In this document: positions 1 through 12,502 of the stretch, piece after piece | How positions within the stretch are numbered: position 1 is the first letter of the stretch | Layout of the letters: every line of letters begins with the position of its first letter | DNA from: Pelomyxa schiedti | Taxonomy: Eukaryota > Protista > Evosea | DNA: 64,000 bases | Assembly: GCA_020536535.1 (NCBI GenBank) | Contig: JAHLWZ010000725.1 | Location: 1 to 64,000 of the forward strand | Direction: 5' to 3' | Notes under the pieces: model-generated | Database searches by the model: none | Told to the model about the DNA's origin: nothing | Seen by the model: the letters and a program-made list of their open reading frames with translations, nothing else | Translations under genes and position numbers: made by a program

Positions 1-107
1 CTGCTGAGACCCCCCAGGAACCAATAACCAAGAAAGCACGAGTTGACCCAACTTCAACAAGGAGGAAGCATACCTCTACAAAGAAGCACACCAAAGATAA
101 TCATTAG
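1..107 (+). CDS. Possible 3' end of an upstream gene (partial, unknown basic C-terminus)
   Basis: Open frame from position 3, AETPQEPITKKARVDPTSTRRKHTSTKKHTKDNH, then TAG at 105-107, convergent with the gene ending at 193. No recognisable motif. Confidence 0.3.
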   Translation, partial: AETPQEPITKKARVDPTSTRRKHTSTKKHTKDNH

Positions 108-192
108 CCACCCAACCTTCCATCCAACAAGTAGACAATGCCAGACATACCAGTAGTGTGCATTTGGCCAAGTAAAATGTTCATAAATGTTT

Positions 193-1709
193 TCAACTAG
201 AATTTGTTTCTTTTGCAAGTTCTGTTGATTTTGTGGTAGAAGCTGTGGTGGTGGAATGTGTTGGTGGAATCCAGCCCTGTTCAACACAGAATGTAATAAG
301 GGCACTGTGAAGTAATTCCCTATTACACGGTTCGAGGCATAGTAGGTGAGTGGCATTTGGAATGACAACAAGTTGTCCATGTGGAGCGGCTTTGGAGAAT
401 TCCGGGCCGTGGGTCTGTGTATCTTTGGAACCGTTTACCTGTAAAAGTTGATGGATTAATGGAATTATAGAACACGAAAAGTTGGTTACACACAAAAAGA
501 ACCGGACACGATATTCCTCGCAAAAGATTGACGTAGCCCTCAGCCAGCAATTCATGCATAAAGTTGGTGAACTGAGGCCACAGCTTGTAGTCCACTCCAC
601 ACCGCAAAATACCATTGTCTAAGATATCTGCTGGTATATGACTGTAAAAATTCGTAAGTTGAAAACCCTGTCCAATGTTGCAGTTGCAGTCACCTAAAGC
701 TCATTGGTATGAGTTTCCAGAGTAAACTTTCCGGGAGAATAGAGTAGACAGCGCTGATGGAACCAAGCATGAAGCTTGCAGCAGTTCCAGACATATCACT
801 GGATGCGCCACCAACAATGAGGCCGTGGCATAACTCTTTGACGTGAGCATGAGAATTACGAGACAACCAAGTCAATTTGTATAAAGATACCTGGGTAACG
901 TTTTGCAAAGCCTAAAGCCACATATCCTCCCATTGAATAACCAAAAACCTACTTAACATCTAAGAGTGCATGGAAGGTTTGGAATAACGCACAATAGCCT
1001 TTGAGTTGTGGGCGTGATTTCGGATTAATTCGGCGACACAATCCACAGCAGTTTTAAGTGTGAGAGGTTCGCCCAACCGAGAACCATGGGCAGGTAAATC
1101 AGTATTTAGGATATGAAAATATGGTGACCATGCAGGGACTTGGTATAGATTAAATATCCCGCGCCCTGAAAGCGCACCATGCAACATTACCATGGTAACA
1201 GTATGGTCTTGTCCAAACCTGGTAACAAAGGGGTGGTTAGGTAAATATAAAGTGAGACACATGACAGTGCCACTCACTCATCAAAGTGCTTGGAGAAGTC
1301 TATCGCGTTGTGTTGCTTGTAACAAGATTCACAAACGAGAGTCGCAGTATGTGGCTGCATTGGAGCAGCTGCACTACTACTAGTAGTTGTAGCACTAGTA
1401 GTGGTTGCTGAACTTGCAGGAAGCAATAAATACCGCCAACAGCATGTACCACAAAACAAGTTATGACAAGCCTGAAACATGACTTAGTGTTAGGTGAGAA
1501 ATGCTGATACAATAGCATAAAGTGCGGTGGTACTAAATTGAGCAAGGAAAGGGGGAAAAGGTACTTACACTGCAGACCCGTTTCTGAGTGAGCAATCCAA
1601 ATGGACTCGAACACAACTTACATATTGACGACGCTGTGGTTGAAGCACCTTTTGGCAAACAAAACTATTACTATGGCTGTGGCAATAGGGAGCCAAACCC
1701 ACTGGACAT
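193..1709 (-). CDS. FYVE-like zinc finger fused to an alpha/beta-hydrolase (multi-exon)
   Basis: Spliced: MSSASTTASSICKLCSSPFGLLTQKRVCS|ACHNLFCGTCC...VCESCY...HFDE|FGQDHTVTMVMLHGALSG...DLPAHGSR...KAI|VFGYSMGG...CPVLF|VNGSKD...IPNATH. Shows a GxSxG nucleophile plus Asp and His of the triad. Joining intron 1219-1277 has a gtgagt donor, ctaac branch site and cag acceptor. Confidence 0.8.
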
Positions 1710-1808
1710 TTGATCAACGGTTTTTTGTTTTGGTTTATTCCCAAAAAGGAGGTTGCTTGTTTTTTCATGGAAACGAAGATAATAACGGATGGTGTGATAG
1801 GGGAGGAA

Positions 1809-4800
1809 TTAGGGGGAGAACAAGAGCCTCTTGTTGTACCTCAGATAGTAGTCTATCCACAGTGTGAGTGCTATGGGGCTGGTGCACGGTATGAGTGTAT
1901 TTTGTGAGGGTGCGTATCTATCTTGTGTGGTGAAGTCCGCGGCGTGGTGATTTACCCAGCCCCACACGGAAAGTGTTTGCTTTCTGACGTTTTCTTCTTG
2001 TCGCTCCTTCTCGTTGTTACACAAGAACGTTCCTGCTTGTCTGTTAATACTACAGGAGGAGAATAGGGTGTCTAGGCAACCAAAACGACAGTCATTGACG
2101 CTGTCAAGTATAAATACAAGCATAGCATCGTTGAATTGAAACTCTCGCGGGAATTGCCGCTTAATTTGCCAAACGCAGTCAATGAACCTATTCAGGTAAT
2201 TGAGTACGTTTGGGTAATGTTTAAATTGGATTTAGTACAGAAGGAATATTGGGGAGTAATATGTGTCATTATCTGCCGCTACGCCACCAATGCCAACCAT
2301 CTGCCCAAAGCCCGTCCTCTCTTGGAATCTGTTTGATTCCTTTAGTATCCCACTGGTTGTAAGAGAATTAAACCTGTGGCCGAAGCTCACCCAATCCTTT
2401 TCAATCAAAACTTCAAATCCTTGAATTGTTCCTTTGAATAAACATTTAGGTGACTTTAGGATAACAGTGAATGTAACTGTAGTATGGGTCAACCAGAATC
2501 TGCGCCAAAGATGCTACAAGGGCAGTCCGATCAGATCCTTCACTACATATTTTTGTCATTTTTTTTTTTCGAGTGTTATTACGGAGTACCTTCCATGAAT
2601 GTGGACATTTGTGCCATTTGAAAGAAGATGTGCAACAAGTGAAGCACCATTGAGCATCTATAAGAATTCAGACCAGCAAGGATGGGAAATCTACGTACTC
2701 TTGAAACATGCTCGAGCCACTTGGTACGGGCAAGTTCAACTGCCCAATTTGTGGCTTCCAGGCTAAGGCACATATCACACAATTTGTAAAAACTGTCTCG
2801 CACAGCCACGTTACTTAGAAGAGTGAGTGTGCGGACCTGTGTGAGTGAAATGTACCTGGCTCCTTTTTGTAGCAGCTTCTCACCAATTTTATCTTTAGGG
2901 GCATAATCCTTGTCCAGTGGTGAAGTAGTGCCACTTGCAGTGAGCTTGTCACGTTTTTTTTTTGTTACGAACGTGCACTTGGAGTCAACAACAACAACAG
3001 AATCTTGTAAATGTTAACAAAACAAAAGGCAAGTATTGTACTTGCTTGTTTTAATGTTACACCCAGCGATGGCTGTTACTATTCGGTTTTCTTCAAGAGC
3101 TCTTTTTCTATTTGCTATCTACGTATACTGTTATCTTTGGTATTGGTAATTAGTGTTGTACCTTACTACTTCTTATCAAGCAGGCGCCGGTTACGGAATG
3201 AAGCCATGTCAACAAAGGAAATCTTCCCCAAGTGTGGAGTTCTGCATACGTAACCAAGTCGAGATCTGTAACAGACCGAGGTACTAGAAGAATCGGGGGA
3301 TAACTAGCACAGACTTTATAGTCGCTGTTGATCAAGGTTGTGCGCCAGCCAAGAGAATTGTACCTGAAGGAAAGAAAAGTAGAATTCACTTTCAAATTAA
3401 ACCACCTGAGTGTATCTTACCCTTGACGAGCAAATTCAGATTGCATATTGTAGATGTGCCAACCACTTGGACTGTTGGACAGCGGTGTCTTTAGCTCATG
3501 TGGGTATGCGAAACATTCCCGTACTTTGACTCCAAAGCAAACTCTTCTTCTTACTTTGGTCTTATCTCCAAAGGCACTAGGGTTTGCAACAACAACTCCC
3601 AAACCACCACCTACAACTTGAGCGACCATCCGAAAATGATCTGGGGAGAATGCAAAGGTCTCTTTCCTGAGAAAAAGGTTATACTATGCCAATTATGTGG
3701 CAGCACAGATTAACCGTATATCTTTAGTGTAGACATCAATTATATGACTTCCAGGATTTAGCCCAACACCAGATATAGACTGATTTGGTATGCCTACCAT
3801 CTCTTTCTTTTTTGTTGTTGTGGTTTGTTTCACTAAGGAATTATCGGTGAAAACAACTTACTGTGGTTGAGTTAACAAAGGTGAATCTGTAATTTGTCAG
3901 AAGTATTCTTCCAGGTGATGTGACATGTGAGGATCTCCCGTTTGGTAACAGAGCTCCAGGTTGAACTCTGACAGCATTTTCCTGAGCATGTGAGAAAAAA
4001 AAGGGAGTGTGGATTAGTAAGGAAACCGTCTCGTGGAGTATGACTTCACCAGGAAGAGCAGCAAAATCTCTGGCTAGTTCCATACTAGACAGAGGTAACA
4101 CAATACTATCCTGAAAGATGTTCAGCGAAGAACTAAGATGGTATCATACCTGCATACGGAGTCGATAAAACCATAGGGATCTTGATGGATCAGTCAATGT
4201 CAATGTAGTGGGATGTTGTGGGGGACAATCTTTCACAGTTTCAGAAACTGTCACCTCAAGTCCCCAAAGGTAGATGTCAGATTGGAAATATGCCTGAGGA
4301 AAACATTGGGAGATCTGCAGTGATGTTGGATGAACATATTTGGCGGTTTCTTCAACAAACCTGAGCAACAATACTCTCTATTGAAGTAGGTGGGCCATAT
4401 ACTAACGAGCCCAAATTTTCCATCTTTTCATAGGTCTTGCACACTACTGAACCATTCACTCCAGCGCCGTTTGAGGCAAAGGTGGTATCACGTTCAAGGA
4501 TGGCTGAATTCAGGGTGTGAACATACACACTGCTGTGAATCCCATTTACTAGTGCTTGTCGATTGCTGAGGGGAATCTTGTGTAACTCTAGAAGCCCCTA
4601 CCATATCCAATCACTTTTCTGCTTGAAACTCCCTTTGAGTCCGTACCTTGTTCAATTTCGAGGAATAAAACGAAAGCGGCTTGGCTGAATCCAATAATTC
4701 CAAACTAGAGCCAGTTGTCAAAAAGAGTTGTGAATTTTGGTACTTTTTTTAGGGTCAGTTTTCAAATTTTTAAAAAGGTGGATACTTACAGGAGAAAGAT

Positions 4801-6581
4801 CTGACATAGGGCATAGCTTCAGAATTTCATTTATGCACGATTGAATTGTTTGGTCTCCTTGAAGACTGACCATTTTGTACGTCGAGTATTCAGGCAATAT
4901 CACTGCATTTTGTCAATGGATAAGTTTGTCTTTAGGAAATAACCTGTATAAATGGAGGTACTGGAGACTTCAGAATTTTCTTGTACTGTGGAAATAGAAC
5001 CGAAAGGAAGAGTGTTCGCTTCTACAGTTGGCAACTCAGAGAAATATAAGGACTCCTTTCGAAAGTATTTGAGAATGATACCCAAATGTAATTAAATATA
5101 CATGCCTCCCACCACATTGAAGGCACACAAGAACTCAAAGGCTTTCCTCGAGGAAGAATAATTCCCTTGCTTGACTTAAGCCCATATTTCATATGATGCA
5201 CAAGTGGTTTATTGGAATTCAAAACTCCCCAAATAAATTTAACAGCGTCACCTAGATGTAAATTTAGCTAGGCTTTGACGAGTGGCGACGCACCAACTGT
5301 TGTATTTTTATCAAAGACTAGAGTTTTTTTACGCTTAAGCTCCACTAACACAATTTGTACGGAGAAGGATGGTGAAAGGAAGAACATGCAATTACTGGAT
5401 GGAAAAACTATCTCTATTTCATCCTGCAGTATTGATTAGTTCAGGGAGCAAGCCTGACGAGATACAATATCAGCAAGTTCAGTTGAAAAGCTATCCCATG
5501 GTGTATGATACTCTGGGGTACTAATTGGAATGAAAGTTGCTGAATGGTTGAAAATTGATATGTGCAGTGCCCTCTCTGTCAGCTTGATATGATATCATTA
5601 AAACTTCAAAAAAATTTGGCCAGTACCAATTCAAGGGATGTTGGTAGGAATTTTGCATGAGAAGATGCCCCCAATGCACCAATAATGGCTTCCAGTACAG
5701 TGGGCTGAAGGGGTCAATGCGTAAATTGACAAATGTATTTTTGAAATATATATACCACAGAGCTATGCATAGTGCGCCAGTCTTTCACTGCTGCCACTGT
5801 GAGTGAGGTCCGCACCCAAAAAGGGGGAGGTAGGGGTGGGGGTTGTGCAGGGACAGAGTTGTCCCCAGAGGAATGGGAAAATTGGGGTGAAACTCCAATT
5901 GACAGGTGGTCCTGAAAATGGCAAAGTTAATCAGGCAACTCTGAACTTGGAGAGAGGGATACGTTTGGACTTAATTCCAGAGCCATTATTAATTCATTGT
6001 CCTCAAGCCAAATTGGATCATGATCAGGACCATGAATAGCCACTCCCAATCTATTGATGCCATTATGAGGAGTTTTTTTTTGTTTGTTTGTTTTATGTGT
6101 ATGTGTATATTTGGTTGCATCCATAATTGATGGAAAATCAGAGTCGCCAAACTCACGTGTGTATCGGGGGAACTTCCATCGTTTTTGGAGAATTGTAAAG
6201 TGCCATCAGAAGCAACTCCCTAACCGTTGTTCTGTGCTCCGCGTTGAATTCATTTACCTCTCCGCCCGGCATTATGGGAGAAGACGCCCTGAGTCCCCCG
6301 CCGTTTCCCTGAGGCGCAGCAGCAGGCGGCGTCGTCGCGCGAATCAGCGGGGGAGACGGCGAGGACGGCGTCGGCGTAGGGCTCGTGGACAAAATGGCCG
6401 CGCTCGTAGGCGGCGGCGACGAAGCCGTAGAAGACGAAGACGAGAGCGGCGAAGAAGAAGGGACCGGGAGCGACAGTGACGACGCCGAAGCGTGCGGGCG
6501 CGGAAACGACGGAGATGTGTTTGGATCTTGCACTGCAAGAGGACAACATCGCGGGGCAAGCCCTACCCTCACTACTGGCAT
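1809..6581 (-). CDS. Myotubularin-related pseudophosphatase (MTMR9-like) with PH-GRAM and probable N-terminal ubiquitin-like repeats
   Basis: Myotubularin motifs: GRILLTNYRF, GWHIYNMQSEFARQG, WRTTLINSDYKVCASYPPILLVP, WLEHVS, ILVDPYYR|TIQGFEVLIEKDWVSFGHRF, SPIFLL|FIDCVWQIKRQFPREFQFN, LWIDYYLR. Active-site loop spliced as HGSEGSDRT. Start ATG at 6581 is tentative. Confidence 0.88.
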
Positions 6582-6960
6582 TCCGTACAGGACGATCTGG
6601 TTATCTGGTTTGCTTTTTCTCTTTGTTTGTTCGGTTTTTTTTCTTCTTTGCCGGGTGCGTTCATCGGCCAATTACCATCAAATATTTCCAGATTGGATGT
6701 TTTCTCAAAACTAGGCAAAGATGCAACCAGGCGAAGTCGCATCAACCCCCACCAAGATCCACAAAACAGGTTCCGAGGGAGGTTTCTAAGTTACTTCTAG
6801 GGGAACCGAATGCGCTTTTAAGTCCCACAACTCGGGAGACGACAAAAACTTACGCCAACAATAAATTACCCCGACGTTGAGCCGAATGTGATCGTCGCTG
6901 TACTTTTTCCTTTTCCTGGAACCAACACCTTAAAATTTTTTTTGAACAAACACCGTTCGA

Positions 6961-9900
6961 ATGTCATCAGCAGCGCAGGTAAATGATGCCACAACCCACA
7001 TTTGATGACACCACAATCTTATTATTCGATATCCAACAGGTTTGGGGTTTGGCGAAACCAGCAAAGGCAAGTACCTCCGGATCTACGTATTCCGCATCTC
7101 CTCGCGTCCAAGATCCAACAACCGTTTCTACAACACCAAAGTGTCCTCGCTGTGTCACAGTGGGTCAAAATCGTGCCAACTTCACCACGCTTCTAGATCG
7201 CCTTGTCGCGATACCAGAACATGCTACTGACGCAGACGCAAACGCAGCGGAGGTGAGAGATATCTCATCTCAACTTGCGAGAATGCTCACGCCGTGCATG
7301 ATTCCTCCCGCTTCAATTTCTGTCGCTATGATTTTTCCTTCCTCTTCCTCAACTTCCTCTGGCGGGTCGGAATCTGCTGCTGCCGCCAGCAGTGCTTCGA
7401 GCTCTTCCAGTGGCGGACTATCTGAATCCTCGGCCTCTATTGGCAGTAGCAGTCCATCTTTGCGAACACAGAGCCCATCTACATCCATAACAAGTTCCAG
7501 TAGTGATAAACCACTGAAACCAGACACAATACAATCTGTGCCAAGGCACTCCCCTGTTACTCGTGGAAAGAAGCTCCGCGAGCACGCAACAGGGGTAATA
7601 AGAGCATTTGGGAGAACTTTTGAGAAATTTGTATGTGCAGCCCATGACGCGCACGAACTGCTACCAGAAGGATTTGCTGTTTTGTATGACAGAAGTGCTG
7701 AGGGAGGTGGTACAAGTGATGAACTTAGAAATGACGGAAATCTGCGACGAAAACGCGCCACCACAGCATCAGTTGCACAGGTATCTGGTCTTAGTGAGGA
7801 GGTAGCCTGGATTCTTGTGCTGACGGCACAATGTGCGCCGGAGTGTCTGCTGGAAGTGTGGTCTTGTGCACCTCACACAACACTCTGTGCAATGAGAATT
7901 CTACTGGACAGCTGCGTTTATAGCAAGGCCATCCGCCACGTTGCAGTTTTGTCTGGAAGGCTTTTGCAACATGTATCAGATAACCTACGGTCATTGCATA
8001 TGCTAGCAGTTTCCGCACATACTCCATTAGCTTGCAGTGCAGCGACACGTGTGAATTCACCTCCAACTCCTACCCGGGCGACATCTCCATCTTCACTTTC
8101 TAGCTCGTCTACACTCTCTTCTCCATCTGGGTCATCCAGTGGATCTGACTCGGGGTCCAGTGTTTCGTCATTTGGTTCTACAAGTTCACTTGGAATGCAA
8201 AAGCCTACTGAGCCGCCTCCGCATCCTACCTCCAAGCCACAGCCCCAATTAAACGTAATGCCAGCACAGCTTGTCTGGCGTTGTTGTGATGTTCTTGCCT
8301 CGTGTGTAGAAATTTTGGGTGGACTACCTGACAGTAGTAAGCTTTATGTTGATGCCATTCAATCGGCCACTGCAACTGTTCTGACATCTTTTTCCACTTC
8401 GCATTCTGTTCTATACAATGGAAGCAGACTTGCGAACCATCTTTTTCGTACACATGGGGTAACTTGGGCATTCTCCCAACAGGACGGTTTCAAAGGCCTC
8501 GCTTATGCTGCCCAGATCAACCCACGAAAATGCGATGTTGAGTACACTGACGAAAAGCTTTGCCAACACTTGATAACGGTACTCACTTCGGGATTGCATC
8601 AAGCCTGTTCTTATAAGTGCACCGACATGGAGGGTGGGACTACATGGCACCACAATGACTCTCTGTATAATGCACACGCTTGCTTGTCACCTGAAGTCAA
8701 CCTCAGTGGGAAAATCTCCCCGCAAGCTTTTGAGATGCTACTGCCTTGCCTGTTTTCCTTTAAATCCATCAATCTCAGCCATAATGGGCTGGATAATCTG
8801 CCAGAAGAGCTTGGTGAATTACAAAACCTTCTTAATATTGATCTTTCACACAACATGCTTGTTAATGTGCCATGTTCATTCTACAAATTGAAACAAGTAG
8901 AACTACTTAATGTGGAGTACAACCGCATTGACCGCATATATCCCTTCTTTGGGCATCACAAAATGAAATTAAAGTTTGGTCATAATCCCCTAAAACAAAT
9001 TCCATTCATGGCAAAGACTTCATGCAAACAACTCAAGTCATATTTACGTGACTTGGATGTGAACTCAAGAGTATGGGACCGAGTAAGACTGTTAGTAGGT
9101 GACTTCTGATTTGTTGCTATTCCTCTTGTTCCTAATACCTTCATAGTTGGTGAAGAAGCAGCTGGAAAGACATCTCTGATAAAGCGCATTCAATACAATA
9201 AATTTCAAAGAGACTCTCTTGCCACTAATGGAATTGAAGTATCACGAAAAAACTTCAATATTGGGGATGGACTGGGCAGTGTCAAGTTTGATTGTTGGGA
9301 TTTTGGTGGCCAGGTTTCTTTCAAGCTAACGCTGTTGGGTTTTTTTTTAAATCGGCAAACAGATTTGCTTTTACCCAACCCACCAATTCTTTTTGTCCTC
9401 AAAGGCACTCTACCTTGTTACATTTGACCTTACTCTTCCGACCGCTTCCACTCGAGTCGACTACTGGCTACAACAAATAGAAGCGAGTGCTGCCAAAGAT
9501 CACGCCCCACCCCCAGTCTTACTTGTTGGTACAAGAGCAGAAGAATTTGAAACACCGGAAGAAGCAGTACGAAGGATAAATGAAATCCAATACCAATTCA
9601 AGAGGAGATTCCACAATATAAAGGTTATTTTAAGTGTGACTCCCAACTCTTCCCTTAACTAATTTCACCTTAGGGAGCTGTTCCTGTGAGCAATAGTACA
9701 GGCTTGGGGATACCATTGCTCAAGACAACGCTTCTCAAAACTGCAAAAGATGCCAAGGTATTATGCCATTTCAGCAACGACAAGTGTTTTTACCGCAGGT
9801 CTCAGATAGTCAATATGGAAATACCTGAGTCTTACCATGTTTTAGCTAAAAAAATTATCTCTTTCCGAAAGAGTAATCCAGAGGCTCACTGCATCACATG

Positions 9901-12337
9901 GACCAAATTTGTAGAACTTGCCGGGACATCAAATATTTTTTGTCCAATAAGCCTGTCCTTAGTGTCTGAATTTCTTACCAAGTTTGTACCACCCTTCATT
10001 TAAAATAATGCCTTATTCTAAAGCAGTGCTGGATACATGCTTCATTTTGAAAATGCTGCACTTCGTGATCTAGTAATATTGGACACTCAAGTATTTCCGT
10101 CCCGTTCACTTCAATGCACTCTTAGCGACAATTAGTGGCTGGTAAACATCATGTCCACAGTGATTTCTTTCACACACGGGTTTGGGAGGAAAGATGGTAT
10201 CTTGAAACAAGACGACTTGAAACAGGTCAGTTCAAATCTTGCCATAAGATATCCCTCTTACAATAATTAAAAACCTTTCCAGCTCTTCAAAGGGATAAGT
10301 AGCACTACCTCCAGCGAATTTGTTGATCTTATGGTAAAGTTTGACATGGCGCATTACCTGGGTGGTCGTGAGGAATCTATCATTGTTCCTTGTCTTCTAC
10401 CAGCAGAGGTCCCCACTTTGCCTCTGTTTGAAGGCTCCTTTGTATTTTATCGAAAATATCGTTTCCTGTTTCTGCCTATGGGGTGTGCAACAATCCATTT
10501 ATGGAAAGGATTCCTTATTTTCGAAATAGGTTTATTGGAAGACTAATGGCACAGGTTCTACACACTGCAGGGATTGAGCTACTTTGTTGTTGGAAATACG
10601 GACTGTTAATCAAAGACTCATCTGGAGCGCAGCAGTGCCTATTTATTTATGACCCTTCCAACATCACTGTAAATGTGGAGGTGAGAACTCTGCGACAGGT
10701 GAGTGGTGAAAGGGACTCTCTACTACGACTCTGTGTTGAACTGATAGGTATGATTTTTTTTTTCAGTCTCTTTCCAAAAATTAAAGCTCAAGTCTTACTG
10801 ACATCTCATGAAAGAAACATTGGCCGAGGGATGTTATCCACGTCTTTTCTTTTCCATGCGCCGGGAGATCCCTTGTAACCATTGTGGAAAAGCAAACTCA
10901 TTTTACTATGAAGATATCGTATCCACTTTCATCTCTGGCCAGAGTTCGATTCAATGTGGATCAGACTCTATTCCAGTATTTATTCCCCTGTTTTAGTGAC
11001 GTATTTACTGTATTAAGGTGCGTTCTCTGGCGCCCGACATAACGTTTTCAGACATCCCAGTTATTGACAACATCAACCTCTTCAAGAAACTTGGGCAAGG
11101 TGGATTTGGCGCTGTGTGTAGAGTAAATTGACTCTTTAGAACTCACTCAACCCCAGGTATATCAAGGGATCTTACCAGGCAGCAACATCTGGGTTGCAGT
11201 GAAGGTAATGATTACAGCATACCGGAGCTCCTCACATTTTTTTTAGGAGCTGCTTGTTCGCCCAGACGACGACAACGTAGAAAAATTCACTCAATTTCAA
11301 CGGGAAGCAGCAGTCATGAACTTCTTCCACCACTACAATCTTGTTTCGTTGCTTGGGGTTTCAATTAGTCCACCTAGAATGATTTTGGTTGCCCGATTCT
11401 GTTCCCCCTCCGTCTCATTTTTTTAAAGGAATATGTGGCGGGAGGGGATTTATTTCAGTTTATTCATCCCCAAGAATACGCCAGTATCAAGCAGGATTCC
11501 TTTCCTTGGTCATATCGTGTTAATATTGCATGCGACATCGCTCGTGGAATGGATTACCTCCAGACAATAAAACCACCAGTTATTCACAGAGGTTTGCTCA
11601 TAATCCCTCCTTCCGCGTAGTACTCTCCTTCACACTTCCTCTTTATTCCCCGCAGCTTTTTTTCTCTGACCATATATAGACCTTAGATCAGCCAACATAT
11701 TCCTAACTGGAACAGAGGCCGGTCCAATTTTCGCCAAAGTTGCTGATTTTGGTGGGTAGTAGTACATCGTACCAGTTTTATTGAGTGTTCTCAGGGTTGA
11801 GCAGAAGGGTATCACAGATGACAGATTCTTTGCCAAATTGGGAATGGTTGGCACCCGAAGTATACTCCACTTCAGCGGCAAGGAAAAACTATGACAGTAG
11901 TGCCGGTTTGTTGCCATTCACGCTTGAGCAAAATAAATTCTTTGAGACTAAAATGACATTCAGATGTGTATAGCTTTGCCCTTATTCTTTGGGAACTTGC
12001 AACCCTGGCTCTTCCCCTATCAGAGTTTTATGAGCACCCGGAATTTTCTGCCAGAACCACCAACTCTGCTGGAAAACAAGTTTCTGTCCTCCGGGTCATA
12101 AAAATTAAGGTACTCTCAGTACCTCAACGATCAATACCTTAAAACCAAAACCAGAAAGCAATTGAAGAAGATGGATTGCGGCCCACACTGTGTGGGCTTC
12201 CCACAGTCCCCACAGGCTTCAATGCCCTTATCACCAAGTGCTGGTCCGGAGTGCCCACCGATAGACCCACGTTTGCTCAGGCCCTAGCCATTCTGACACA
12301 AATCAAAGAAGAGCTGGCTGCTTCTGAGGCAGAATGA
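6961..12337 (+). CDS. Roco protein kinase 1 (S-rich/helical N-terminus, LRR, ROC, COR, TKL kinase)
   Basis: LRRs (INLSHNGLDNLPEELGELQNL), ROC P-loop VV|GEEAAGKTS, CWDFGGQ, LVGTRAE, COR (LDTQ|WLVNIMS, IVPCLLP), kinase GQGGFGA|VY, VAVK, HR|DLRSANIF, DF|G, WLAPE. First exon MSSAAQ with intron 6979-7039; TGA at 12335-12337. Confidence 0.92.
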
Positions 12338-12502
12338 GATAGAGGCAGAAAAAACCTTTTTGTTTGTGTTTTACTCGTCATTTACCGTCGAGGTTAAACT
12401 TGGGTTTTTCCTCAGCACCACTGTTTCTTGGAACAAAAGTTTTTCACCATTCTGTAAAATGCAACTTTTTTTCGGCAGTTTCTGACAAAACCGCAACACA
12501 CA

